Program-made: the position numbers and the translations under genes
Source: Epithemia pelagica
Lineage: Eukaryota > Protista > Bacillariophyta
Reading direction: 5' to 3'
Length of the DNA: 64,000 nt
NCBI GenBank assembly: GCA_946965045.2
Contig: OX337237.1
Location: forward strand, 1,798,001 to 1,862,000
Notes under the pieces: model-generated
What the model was told of the DNA's origin: nothing
What the model saw: the letters and a program-made list of their open reading frames with translations, nothing else
Databases searched by the model: none
Part shown: piece by piece, positions 1 to 10,522 of the stretch
How the letters are laid out: the number at the start of each line of letters is the position of its first letter
Position numbering within the stretch: position 1 is the first letter of the stretch

Positions 1-625
1 ATAGTCTTCCACCATGCCGTTGATGTATGGATCCAACGACACATCCGACATCTCATCATCATTCGTCTGCTTAACAGCAGGAATGAACATACACTACATA
101 GCTAGGCTAGAATCGTCTAGAAATACCCTTAAAAAATGGGCAACCAGGAATCTACATCTCTCAGTTACTGTCAAATCAGTTTTGCTGACGTTGCATTCGC
201 GACTCACTTAGATTCACGATTTTCTCACTCCCACGTAACTTCGCGATGACGAACGATGACACTAAGATGGATCGTCGTCGTGGACGAATTGGCAAGTGGG
301 CGACAGGAGATCGTGTGTGTATCAATATTCGTTGGATCCAGCGCTATGACATGTGTATACCTTACCTGTTCCACCATGGAAAGGGTTGTATTTCGTTTAC
401 GGCCATACCAAGCCCCTCCTTGATACAGTTTCATCCACCATACCGAATCGACCAAAAGTCCCTTAAGCGGTCGGTTGGTTCTTGGAACGCCTTTCTGGAT
501 ACAAGGAAGATGGAATCTTTCGTGTCTGGGTGTTTCATCCATACTACGTCCCATTCCTAGCTCGAATGATGTGCTGGATGATTTTGTTTGGCAGCTCTTG
601 ACCAAGAAGGCAAACCAGCAAAAGA

Positions 626-1128
626 TTGACAAGGAGAAGAGAATCTACGAAGAGTTTGGTCGGGTCCAGTTTCTTGGCTTTATTTGATGGACCGAAATGG
701 AAGCACCAACGCAAAATGGTTGCTCCTGCATTCAATTCCAGTTTTCTTCAGCATGTTCATGATTGCGTCTTCGGTCGTCTCGAGAAACACTTTTCCTGCA
801 CTACGACAAAGGTCAACAGAATGCAAGCAATGAATGGAGTAAATTTTCTCATCATTTGGATGCGATGGAATGGAGTGCTCGATTGGCTCTGGATGTCATG
901 GGGCTCGCTTCTTTCTCGTATAGTTTTGGTGGAATGGAGTCTTTTACGGGCCATGATAAGAGTAGGCCGCAGAACAACAAGACCATTGCATCGTTGCCAT
1001 ACTTAGATGCAGTGGTTCGCAATCGCTGCGATTGCATTGCCCTGGGTGGGAGGAACGTGTTTCAACCGGATAGGTTTCTTCATGACAGAGAAAGCAGGAA
1101 CCAACAGAGAATGGTTCTTTTCCCATGA
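626..1128 (+). pseudogene. Cytochrome P450 fragment (frameshifted, partial)
   Basis: Overlapping ORFs give DGPKWKHQRKMVAPAF (C-helix WxxxR), LDVMGLASFSYSFG (E-helix-like), LPYLDAVV (K-helix lead-in) and FQPDRFL (PERF-like). No heme FxxGxRxCxG motif seen. Confidence 0.6.
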
Positions 1129-1656
1129 GAATCAAGCCTCAAATTGCTCGATAAGGTGGGATGGTGAACGAACAAACAAGTCATTCTCTTATTCCTATTA
1201 ATTTGACGCAATAGTACTGCTATGGGAATTCACACGTTGCAACGGGCAACTCGAATGTTTGGCCTATGTCTGGACAAGATGCGCCTTAAAAAATTCTGTC
1301 TTCGGTTCAAAGAAAAGGGGACCATTGCTCCACCCGACCACTTTCTTGAGTTTTTCCACCAGAGCTCCCCGAAATTTTTCAATGGGCTGTAAGTCACTGC
1401 GCATGATTTTACCATCAATGGCTGGAGACCGATCGACCCCCACTTGTTTCATTCGCTTGTTCAATTTTTTGCTCACATCTGCCTTTTCAACAAGGTTCAA
1501 TCTTTTTTCCTATCAATTTCGTTTGACTCGTTAGTCTTTTCGTCGAATGTTTTTTCAAGCTTTGAACGAAGTGTCTCTGAGGCTTTCCGGTGAGTTGCTC
1601 CTCATTAGCTTTTCGTTGTCTCCCACTTGCAAGCTCCTCATCCTTTGCCTTTTCAA

Positions 1657-4239
1657 TCACATCCATAGCAGTGAGTATGTGTGACTTGCTCGCAGGGCAC
1701 CTGTTGGACTGGTTTTCAGTACTGAAGACGCTTCTGACTCATTGACTTTTCGCGATGCTCTCTTGTTAATGGTAGATCGTGCTAAAACTACTAGGACACT
1801 TTGGATGCCTTGTCCACGTCCTTGGGTTGCCACTATGGATGATTCACAAATGCAAGCTTCAATGTAATGTGTCGAACTCATCAATGGAAGAACATGGGTC
1901 AGTATCCAGTCTCGGAGCTGCTTCATGTCTGAGTCATGATTTGTCACTGTGTCATCCCAGAGTCCCTGGCAGTTCTCAACATCTGCAAGCTTTGTCAATG
2001 CATTCTTGTGGGTCTTGAGCCACTCGAGTGCAAGTACCGACTCTTGCTTGCACAGAGTCGATACGTAGTTGATGTAGAAGCTCATGGGAATGACCTTCCC
2101 ATCAAGAAACTCCTCAGGGTGTACACTTGATGGGTCCCAAGAGTCCGTGCTGGATGGGACTGTTCCCTTCACAAGCCATCCTGCCAATGCTTGGACTGGC
2201 TTTTTTGATCCCCCAATGGCACACAAGACAAGCGGAGCTGTGACCCATCGACTGAAATGCTTTTCAGCATTGTCCACAAAGGCCTTGAAAAAATAATCAA
2301 CCTTCTTGTATTGAATTGTGGTTGTAAAATTGTTGAACGATCGATTGGTGTAGGTAGTAGATCTCATAGAGCAAATTTCTGGTTCTTTTGTTGCTACCAT
2401 TTGTTCCGCCGCATCTGCAACTTTTGTTCGGAAATTGGCGTATTCCTCCATAGTCCGCCACTCAGCTTGGTGCTTCTTGAGTTTCTGTCGGAACAGAAAC
2501 CAATGCTCCAGCATAGGCCAACTCCTGTGTGCCCAGCAACGTGCCAACTCATCCGGCTCTTGTAGCCAGTGCCATGCTGGGAAAAACAATGTTGTCGCAA
2601 ACACTCTGATGAATTCTCCATCGAGAAGAATTTCATTCTCTTGGAGCATGGCGTAAACATCCGAACCACAGAGCAAAGCAAGCTTGAGCTTTTTGACCCA
2701 TGTGCCAAGATGCTTGGCTAAGTTACACCAACCTTGACTATTCTGAAGGACGTGAACAGTTGCGACAGGGAAATTCCACCATCTATTCGTAGTCGGTCGC
2801 CCAATCTTCTTTATAACAATCTTCTCTTCGATAGGTGAACCATTAGCAAGCTTCCACATATCATAAAATTCTTCTTTACAGCATTGTTGCATACTCCAGC
2901 AATCATACAATAGCTGGGAAAGATTGCGCTTACTGATACCAACAGATCCTTCTCCACCAAAGGCTGCCTTGATCCCATTCTCAAATGGTCGTTGAAGCGC
3001 GTGAAGCAAACAACCAACAACCATATAGACAGACTTGTCATTCATAAGCCCCAGAGATTCTAGAGACTTAGCCAAGTCAACCAAGACACCACCACCTGCA
3101 GAGTCAGTGGATTGTCCGTCAAAACCTGTTACAACATTATTGAGTTTCTGTTTCAAAGACACTTGAATGGCACACGCAACGTCATTTGTCGAACTTCCCA
3201 AACAGTCGTAATCAACACAAACCCACTTGACGAGCATTTCTTGTGTGCACCACCAAGAAACAACTTTTGAAAGATGATCCACGCCCTTTTTGTTGCCCTT
3301 GTCGCACCCAAGGAAAACGGCAGCTGCCATCCGTAACTCTTTTTGAAGGGCAAGTAGACACGAAGCCCCACAGCTTCGAATACAGTCATGGACAGTGTTG
3401 GGGGATGGTGCAGATGCAACCACTTCCTCCAAGCTGAACATGTGTTGTACCCCTGCTTGGGAAACAAGAGCAGCACGAAGCATCCCACCCATGCGTGGAA
3501 AGGCATAGGTGCTAATAGCAGGGGCACATGCGATGGCTGCTCCTGTCAGAAACTTGGTTTCTTCTGTTAGCTTTTGGGCAGGCTTGGAAAGGGCTTTATG
3601 CAGTTTACGAAAGGAAGCTGCCTCTTGTTGAAGTTTCTTCAAATAGATCAGATTTATGACCCTTGCCCCATTTGGGATTTCATATTGAGCACCACCATAT
3701 ATTTCCTCATGCATGTACCTTCTGTTATTTTTCTTGTCGGCTGGATCGACTGGCACACCAACATGAACTCTCTCATCTTCTTCTAGTGGTAGGAGCTCCC
3801 CCTCTTCACTCTCTTCAGTCTCAGTAGTACATTGCTGCAGTAGCCTGGGAGATGGCACACAAACATCTGGTGGTGGTTTGTCAGTGAACTCTGTCGGGAT
3901 ATCTTCAGTGTCTTGCCAAAATTGTTCGTCCACACCCACTGGAGAAACGGACTGACAGACTGCCACCTCACCCAGGTGCTCCATTATGAGACTATGAGTT
4001 TCTCTTATATGAAGCTCTCGATGTGACGCAAACTCTGGCTGCCACAGTTCCCGGTACATGTGCTTCTTGCTCGAATGCAGCATGGGTGCTGATCCTGAAA
4101 GACCATGCTTCCCGTAGTATTGCCGAGTTGTGTAAAGCTTACATCCATCACACCAGAGAGAGAGGGACAACAAGAACAACAACAAGAACAACAAGAACAA
4201 GAACAACAAGAACAACAAGAACAAGAACAAGTGAACCAT
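1657..4239 (-). mobile_element. DDE transposase-like ORF of the hAT/P/MULE/Kolobok (CxxH) clan, closest to hAT by motif order
   Basis: GCDKG (~3300), STDSAGG (~3100), GCLLH (~3005, CxxH), TNRWW (~2780, cf. hAT TRWNS), SSTHYIE (~1860, putative catalytic E). The first ~25 codons are a microsatellite. The C-terminus probably continues out of frame to ~1264. No TIRs found. Confidence 0.6.
4167..4230. repeat. (ACAAGAACA)-type microsatellite
   Basis: Directly visible ACA/AGA low-complexity run. Confidence 0.9.
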
Positions 4240-4299
4240 GAGAAGGCATCTCTTATTGTCGTCGTCACTGTCGTTTCTTTTTTGTGGTGGTCTTCTTTC

Positions 4300-4690
4300 T
4301 CATTACTCGTCGTCACCCATGGTAACCTTATACATTTACAATCTTCGTGGGGCACCTTAACTAGGTATTATCCCTAGCTTCTTGTGTATCGTTGTCTAGC
4401 TCTTGAATCTTGCTAACAACGGTAGCTTGAGATCTGCGACCATCTTCAGTGGGGTCGGTAAGAAAGGTGCAACCGAGGAGTTCTGTTCTGGTCAATGGTA
4501 AAAAAACTGGTGGTGGGGGACATCCATCCGACTCAAAATCTCGGAAATGGACTATTTCTTGAATGGTCTTCTAAGAATTCTCCCCTTCGAATGGATCAAG
4601 CTGACAGTTACGCTCTGATTTGTTGAGAGCAGAACACACCGCGGAGCGATGTACGATGCGTTGGGTATCATCGCTAAGGATTTGGAATGT
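4300..4690 (-). mobile_element. Degraded CoDi-type Copia pol relic (integrase C-terminal region)
   Basis: WTFQILSDDTQRIVHRSAVCSALN...LDPFEGE resembles FTWKILSADNHILYRSAVRCVAS...DRPSGE of the element at 6965-10522. FLTDPTEDG is present near 4460. Confidence 0.5.
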
Positions 4691-4849
4691 CCACTTTCCA
4701 CCTGGATCCGACTTGTCCTTGGAGGATCTCGACAATAAGGTCAAAGTCGGATTCACAAACTGTCTTCGAAAGTCACTTTGATCGAAAAAGAAGGTGTCCA
4801 ACTCTGCCTTCACCTCAGACTGCACCGCCGTCTTCCTCAATTCGACGTT

Positions 4850-5678
4850 TCACTCAACGACCTCCAGCCTCGTCACCATCTCAGGAGCAATTGACTGAGA
4901 GCCAAAGTGTTTCTCCACAAAATCCTGCATGGAGTGCATGGTTGCAGTGCAGTGCTGCAGAACCGAGAACGCCAAATCTGTCCCAAACTCTTCTGGACGA
5001 CGACCCAACAACGAATGAAGGACTGACAGTTGACAACCATCCCGCAAGTGGTTGACATTCCTGACCAAATTACTCAACACCCCGGCTTGTAGAACTTTGA
5101 CAGACGGAGTGGGCTGCTGAGAACCAATATCCAACGGAACTTCCTTCCATGAAATGGAGGAGCGCCCAACTGGAGTCTTTAGGCCCGCTTCCCACCATTT
5201 CATCAATATCCATAACGTCTTCATCACTGTCGCTGGTTGAAACCATTTCAACCTTCACACGCTTGCTAGACTTGGGAGTCATAGCCGCAAACTTAACCTC
5301 CGCTATAGTATTCGCTATGACCTTAGCTGCGATTGTAGGACTAACCACATCCCCCGCCTCGGACGCGACTTGTCGCAAGGATGCGAATGTTGCCTGCCAA
5401 CTCTCGAGAGATCGCGGACTCAACTCCAGTTTGCTCAACTCGACATCCCGAACACACGAAGCCGGAAGAACAGGTTGACAGAAGACGGTATCGGCAGCAT
5501 CAGCGTTGGAAGAAACGCTACCGCCTCGGATGAAGACACACGCGGAATCATCCCCCACCAAAGAAGCCCAGTCTTGCTTGCGGGCCGAATGCGACGCCAC
5601 AGAACAGTCGGGAAACGAACAATACCGTAGATGACAACCCCACAGAACGAGAAGAATCCGGAGTACTCCCCCACTCAA
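4850..5678 (-). pseudogene. Frameshifted ORF with Cys/His-rich N-terminus, possibly ORF1 of a tyrosine-recombinase retroelement
   Basis: CGVVIYG / RYCSFPDCSVASH split over two frames, then AAMTPK and LGRRPEEFGT. The family assignment is from recall only. Confidence 0.25.
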
Positions 5679-6201
5679 ACATCACAAAAACGATGACAAG
5701 GATGAAGTGGATGGCACAGTCGAACAGGGAGAAACGAAAAAACCAAAGCAAAAGAAGCAGAATCCACAGAACCGTTGGGTGAATGGGTGATCAAATCCTT
5801 GATCACTGTGTGAACCTCCTTCTTTCCAACAATTTATAATTGCTGAACTTTTGTTGGGACGGTCATTTCCATGACTGTCCCAACGAACTCTCTCAACCTG
5901 AGTACTCGTTGGGATCAATGTCTTCTCGTCTACGTTCGTTCGTTGGCCCCTTCTTGACCGGAGCGCTACGATGTGAAGGCAAAGTGCAGCCACTTTGGCT
6001 CGGGTATTCACATTCATCAGGTCATGCAAAGGCCAGACCAAATGCATCTCTATGCCCAACAGAAATTGGGTGGCCGACCGATCATAAATTTCAGCAAGAC
6101 GACGCTGTGCTTCGGGACTTGTGTCGGCGATCCACCTCGAAGTGTAGGGCTTTCGCGAGTTGATTGTCGGGGATCGGGCCGGACTGCCCGGTGCTAATCG
6201 T

Positions 6202-6967
6202 TAGTAGAATTCCGTCAGTACACGCTCTAGAAGAGCCACAATCGATTACCAACTGATACCAAGGTTCTCCACGGGTCAGAGAACAAAGGAAACCCAAGGG
6301 CTCTATCGTAGGGATAGTCAGGACACTGAAGACGTGATGATATGGTGATGTTAATGATTGTGAGCTTACTACTAGGTTTGGTGTGTGAGGTTTCCATTCT
6401 TGTTGTCGATCGTGTGAAATAGGTTCTTGGCGGTGATAGGACTGGAATGGTTGGAGTTGATGTATGTGAGGTATATAACATGTATATGTGCTTGTATATC
6501 ATATACAGCCTCAACGATTCTTGGCTAAAGTTGGTATATGTAGTTTTGTTGGCGCGTCCTTGTTTGCAATCTTGAAATAGTGGGAACGATGATATGGTCT
6601 CGCGTGATCGTGATTCGTGCCTTGTGTACTTAGACCGTTGGGTCGGATACATGATCGCCATGCTCGGATAGTTCTTGCGCGCGTCTTGACGATTTTGGGC
6701 GCGCACGCTTAGGGCATAGGTCAGGCTCGGATGTTCAACGGATGATCGTCCGTTGATGGGATATCAAGACCAAAGTTGATTCTTGATAGCACGCTCGTCA
6801 ATCTGTTCTCACTTTTTGGTATATGCGACCGAAATATAGGTTGAGCTAGCGCAAAGCTAGGTATTTAGTGTGGATGTAGGTGATGTAGGTGATGTTTGAA
6901 GCCACGGGACTCGACTAACCGATGAGGTGCCGAACCTAACCGATGATTTTCGGTGAGAGTTCTACTA
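6202..6967 (-). repeat. 3' LTR of element 1 (766 bp)
   Basis: Near-identical to 13631-14146 apart from 250 extra bp. Ends are TAGTAGAA...TTCTACTA. Preceded on the minus strand by PPT-like GAGCTGTGGGGAG (6968-6980). Confidence 0.95.
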
Positions 6968-9900
6968 CTCCCCACAGCTCGTTGGTTCAGCCTTGTCATC
7001 GCTGGATTCGTAGAGATCTTGAACTTCTCCTCTCCAAAACAATAGGGGCTTGAGTAGAGGCCAAATAGTTGCAAACTCCCAATGCTTGCTGAGGATGTCG
7101 GCAGGGTTGGTCTTCCCATCCTTCCAATAGAATGCAACGTATTGCGCTGCTATCGCTTCTCGTACCCGGTGATATGAAAGGAGATGATGTCTCTTGGACA
7201 AGATAGAATGAGGCATTGTTGCGTTAACAACCACAGATCGATTGTCTCCAAACAGATAACTGCGATCCCTGATTGGTACTCCAAGGTAACAAAGTGAATG
7301 CCGTAATTCAGTGATTTGATCGACTGCTGTCCTTGCTGCCACAAATTCTGATCCATATGTTGCCGTTTCCACAGTGCTCTGTCGTTTGCTGTACCAATCA
7401 ATTGGTGTCCCATTCAAGAGATGCAGGATGGCTGTTACAGACTTTCCTGTGATCATGTCGTGCATAAGGTTAGCATCAACATAGTGCGTTGTCGTCACAT
7501 ATCGTCCAAGTGGTTCTGGGCAATCATGAGGGATGTATTCCTTGGCATCTGAATAGACCGTGCGACTCCAATCAAAGTCTTGACTAGGAATGCTTGAGAA
7601 ATCGGGCTCTCCAATTCGGAATCTGATTGCACCATCAGAAAGATTGAAAAGGTATCCATAGATGCGTTTAGCTCTGTTGAGATGTCCCTGTCTTGGAGCT
7701 GCGCGGAACCTGAAAAGGGTCATCGTAGCAGTAAAAACATCAAAGCGACCAATTGTAATCACCCACTGAAGCTGTCCAATCAAGGTCTGGAAGTGCTGTG
7801 TACCTTCTTCATCAAGGAGTTTGGTGTCGTCCAATTCCGGGTGATCACCAGCAATGAGAGGGGTTTTAGCCTTCTTGGGTTTCTCTTTGAAGATACGTTC
7901 GAAGGTGTCCATCATTTTGCTAATGTATCGGCGTGGATCAGAGACTAGGGTTCCGTCAGGGTCCTTGGTGTACCGGCATCCCAGGTGATAGTCAATAGGT
8001 CCATCTCCCTTAAGCTTGAAGTTGTACTTTTCCTTGAAGACTTTGCAAATGTTTCCAGGGTCAGTAGCTATGATGGCTAAGTCATCCACATATACGGCGA
8101 TGTATTCGTAGCAATCCTCCCCAGGTGCTTTCCTCATCCAAATGTCAGGATCTGCCTTGCTTGGTGAGAAACCCATATCGGTGAGGACGTCAAAAAGGAC
8201 ATCATGCCATCGTGCGCCTGAAGATTTGAGACCATAGAGGGCCTTGTAGATGATGAGGATGTGACCTTCTAGCTCCTTGAACTCGGGTCCTGCCACAATA
8301 TATAACTTCTCCCCAGTCAATGCTTCAAGATACGCATTCCCAATGTCTGCTCCCCATACTTCTAGATCGTTCAGAGATCCAAGGAATAAAGCAATTTGTA
8401 GGTTGCAAATAGAAACAACTCCAGAGTAGATTGTTTCCACAGGTTCCTTCGTCAAGTGTCCATCTGCAACAAGTCGTGCCTTGTGCCTACCATCATGTTT
8501 CACATCAAAAACAAGATGCACTCGAATCTTTTGATATCCCTCAGGTGCATTTGATACCTTGCCATTTGTGAAGATGGCCTTCCCATGGTCCTTGAATGTC
8601 TCATATGATTGTATCTGAGACAGTTCCAATTCAGTTGCGTCTTGCCACCTTGTGGTACCATTTTGTTTGTCAAGATTGACAGCCTTGGCGTAATCTCGAG
8701 GGACTTGGAATCCAAACTTATACTTGACTGAGCGACGTACTTGTTTGATCCTTGATTGTTTTGCAGCACGTATCAGGCGTTTACTCGTCTTGACGTAGCG
8801 TTTTAGGTGTTTCCATCCTGGTTCGTTGAGGAGCCCATGCTTCTTTCCATATATGGCAACGGTGATTGGGTCGTCGTTGGCAATAAGGGAGAGTGGTTCA
8901 TAGGTTGTCTCCCCAGTTTCCCAATCCACAAGCAAGTTATACTTACTCCCCTTATAATCCGGGTCGGTTGAAGACAATGGGCCTTGATGTGCAATAACAT
9001 CCCTGAAACGGAACAAATTATCTCCCGAGGTCTGCGCTTGATTGTCCCTCTCAATATACTCCATCAACTGGTTATAAGAGATCATTTCATCAACGTCAGA
9101 ATTTGTCTTGCGGTAGATGTACTTGATGCGTTCTTCTTGCTTGAGTGATTCTTCATTAAGATCTACAACTCGTTTGACAACGCGTGCTCGATGACGCTCC
9201 CCATTTTCTTCAGTGTCGCATAGGAAAGTGCGTCCTATCATGTCTTCGTAATCGATTGTAGGCATTGGTTTGGATGGATCTTCACTTTTACTGCAAATGA
9301 AGACAGTGTCAGCCTGCTTATCAGTGTCATCTTTCGGAGACGTCTCCCCTGAAGGTCGATCCACACGAAGGTTGGGTGTAGTGGAAGCGACACAGCGAAC
9401 AGCGGAACGGTAGAGGATATGGTTGTCAGCAGACAAAATCTTCCATGTAAAAGCATCACCAACGTTGTGAGCAAAACCAACCCAATAGCCAAGTTTCTCA
9501 TCGGTCGAAGAAGGGTAGGGACCAGACGACGGTTCGGAGGGGTCAACACGATAGTAGACTTCATCCCAGAAGGGAAAGAACAGGAGGTGCGAAATGTCGG
9601 GAGGGTGACCGGTGAGAGCCTCAATAGGAGTACGTCCAGAGTGTGCATGTGAAGAAGAATGATTCAATAAGTCACAGACATATTCAAGGCAAAGTAACCA
9701 AACATTGGCCGGGCATCCAGTTGCATTCATGATAGCGTTCGTCATTCGTTTAACGGTCTGATAACGATTCTCGGCTTTGTTCTGATGCTGGTGGTATGGT
9801 TCAGAGCAATACTCCCCGATGAGCAAGGTGCGAAGGATATCCTTAACCTTATGGGAAATGAGAGATGAACCCCCGTCACTAATGAGTGTCTCCATAACAC

Positions 9901-10522
9901 CTCGCATGCGTATATTGTCTTGAAGAGTGTTCACAAATTGCTTGGTAGACTTGATACCGTAAATATCAGTGACAAGAGTATCGCGGCCAACAAAAATTTG
10001 AGCCACCTTTCCACCATGATCAACAGCAGGTGTATCAGAAAAGATCGAATCGGTAGCAACGGGTTCATGACGACGTGGTAGATTCAGGATAGGGTTGCGT
10101 GCCTTGAAATGTTTCTTGAGAGTGTCACAGTCAAAAATCACATTAGCATGTCGTGTAGTATGCTTGAAAGAAGGGACGAAATTGTTTCCAATCATGTTCT
10201 TCCACAAAACGACGATGGACAGATGCATGTTGAAGGGTTGGGTCTTCACCATTAGCATCAGCATAGATAGAGAAATATGTGGTGTTGTCGGGTCCGTGGT
10301 CATAAGGAAGGTCAAGGAGGAGATTGAGATTGCAGACAACACGATCAGTGTACTCCCCATACGTGTCATATGGATAACGTGCCATACTGCCATCGGTCGC
10401 AACCTGATGCCATGTAGTAGAAGCATCATGCTGTGGATCTGAATGAGTATGGTCAAGAACAGAGGGGTCCCAAGTAGATGGCAAAGTAAAGATGATTTGC
10501 GGCAATCGGTCCATGTCATCAT
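6965..10522 (-). CDS. pol: Pol of element 1: integrase, chromo-like domain, reverse transcriptase, RNase H (homology starts ~10170)
   Basis: VATDSIF, ISDGG, NKAENRY (DDE); ARLVADG, ADIGNAY, KALYGLK, YVDD (RT); HYVDANL, SEFVA, FGDN, NPADILSK (RNase H). Confidence 0.95.
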   Translation of the reverse strand: MMTWTDCRKSSLLCHLLGTPLFLTILIQIHSMMLLLHGIRLRPMAVWHVIHMTRMGSTLIVLSAISISSLTFLMTTDPTTPHISLSMLMLMVKTQPFNMHLSIVVLWKNMIGNNFVPSFKHTTRHANVIFDCDTLKKHFKARNPILNLPRRHEPVATDSIFSDTPAVDHGGKVAQIFVGRDTLVTDIYGIKSTKQFVNTLQDNIRMRGVMETLISDGGSSLISHKVKDILRTLLIGEYCSEPYHQHQNKAENRYQTVKRMTNAIMNATGCPANVWLLCLEYVCDLLNHSSSHAHSGRTPIEALTGHPPDISHLLFFPFWDEVYYRVDPSEPSSGPYPSSTDEKLGYWVGFAHNVGDAFTWKILSADNHILYRSAVRCVASTTPNLRVDRPSGETSPKDDTDKQADTVFICSKSEDPSKPMPTIDYEDMIGRTFLCDTEENGERHRARVVKRVVDLNEESLKQEERIKYIYRKTNSDVDEMISYNQLMEYIERDNQAQTSGDNLFRFRDVIAHQGPLSSTDPDYKGSKYNLLVDWETGETTYEPLSLIANDDPITVAIYGKKHGLLNEPGWKHLKRYVKTSKRLIRAAKQSRIKQVRRSVKYKFGFQVPRDYAKAVNLDKQNGTTRWQDATELELSQIQSYETFKDHGKAIFTNGKVSNAPEGYQKIRVHLVFDVKHDGRHKARLVADGHLTKEPVETIYSGVVSICNLQIALFLGSLNDLEVWGADIGNAYLEALTGEKLYIVAGPEFKELEGHILIIYKALYGLKSSGARWHDVLFDVLTDMGFSPSKADPDIWMRKAPGEDCYEYIAVYVDDLAIIATDPGNICKVFKEKYNFKLKGDGPIDYHLGCRYTKDPDGTLVSDPRRYISKMMDTFERIFKEKPKKAKTPLIAGDHPELDDTKLLDEEGTQHFQTLIGQLQWVITIGRFDVFTATMTLFRFRAAPRQGHLNRAKRIYGYLFNLSDGAIRFRIGEPDFSSIPSQDFDWSRTVYSDAKEYIPHDCPEPLGRYVTTTHYVDANLMHDMITGKSVTAILHLLNGTPIDWYSKRQSTVETATYGSEFVAARTAVDQITELRHSLCYLGVPIRDRSYLFGDNRSVVVNATMPHSILSKRHHLLSYHRVREAIAAQYVAFYWKDGKTNPADILSKHWEFATIWPLLKPLLFWRGEVQDLYESSDDKAEPTSCGE

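Noticed and set aside
4005-4377. Hydrophobic or Cys/Gln-rich ORFs and the N-terminus of the 860-aa ORF
   Set aside because: They are translations of the ACAAGAACA microsatellite.
6227-6706. ORFs starting MRAQNRQDARK (also 13193-13885)
   Set aside because: They lie in or start in the LTRs, change frame across the 250-bp indel, and show no recognisable motif.
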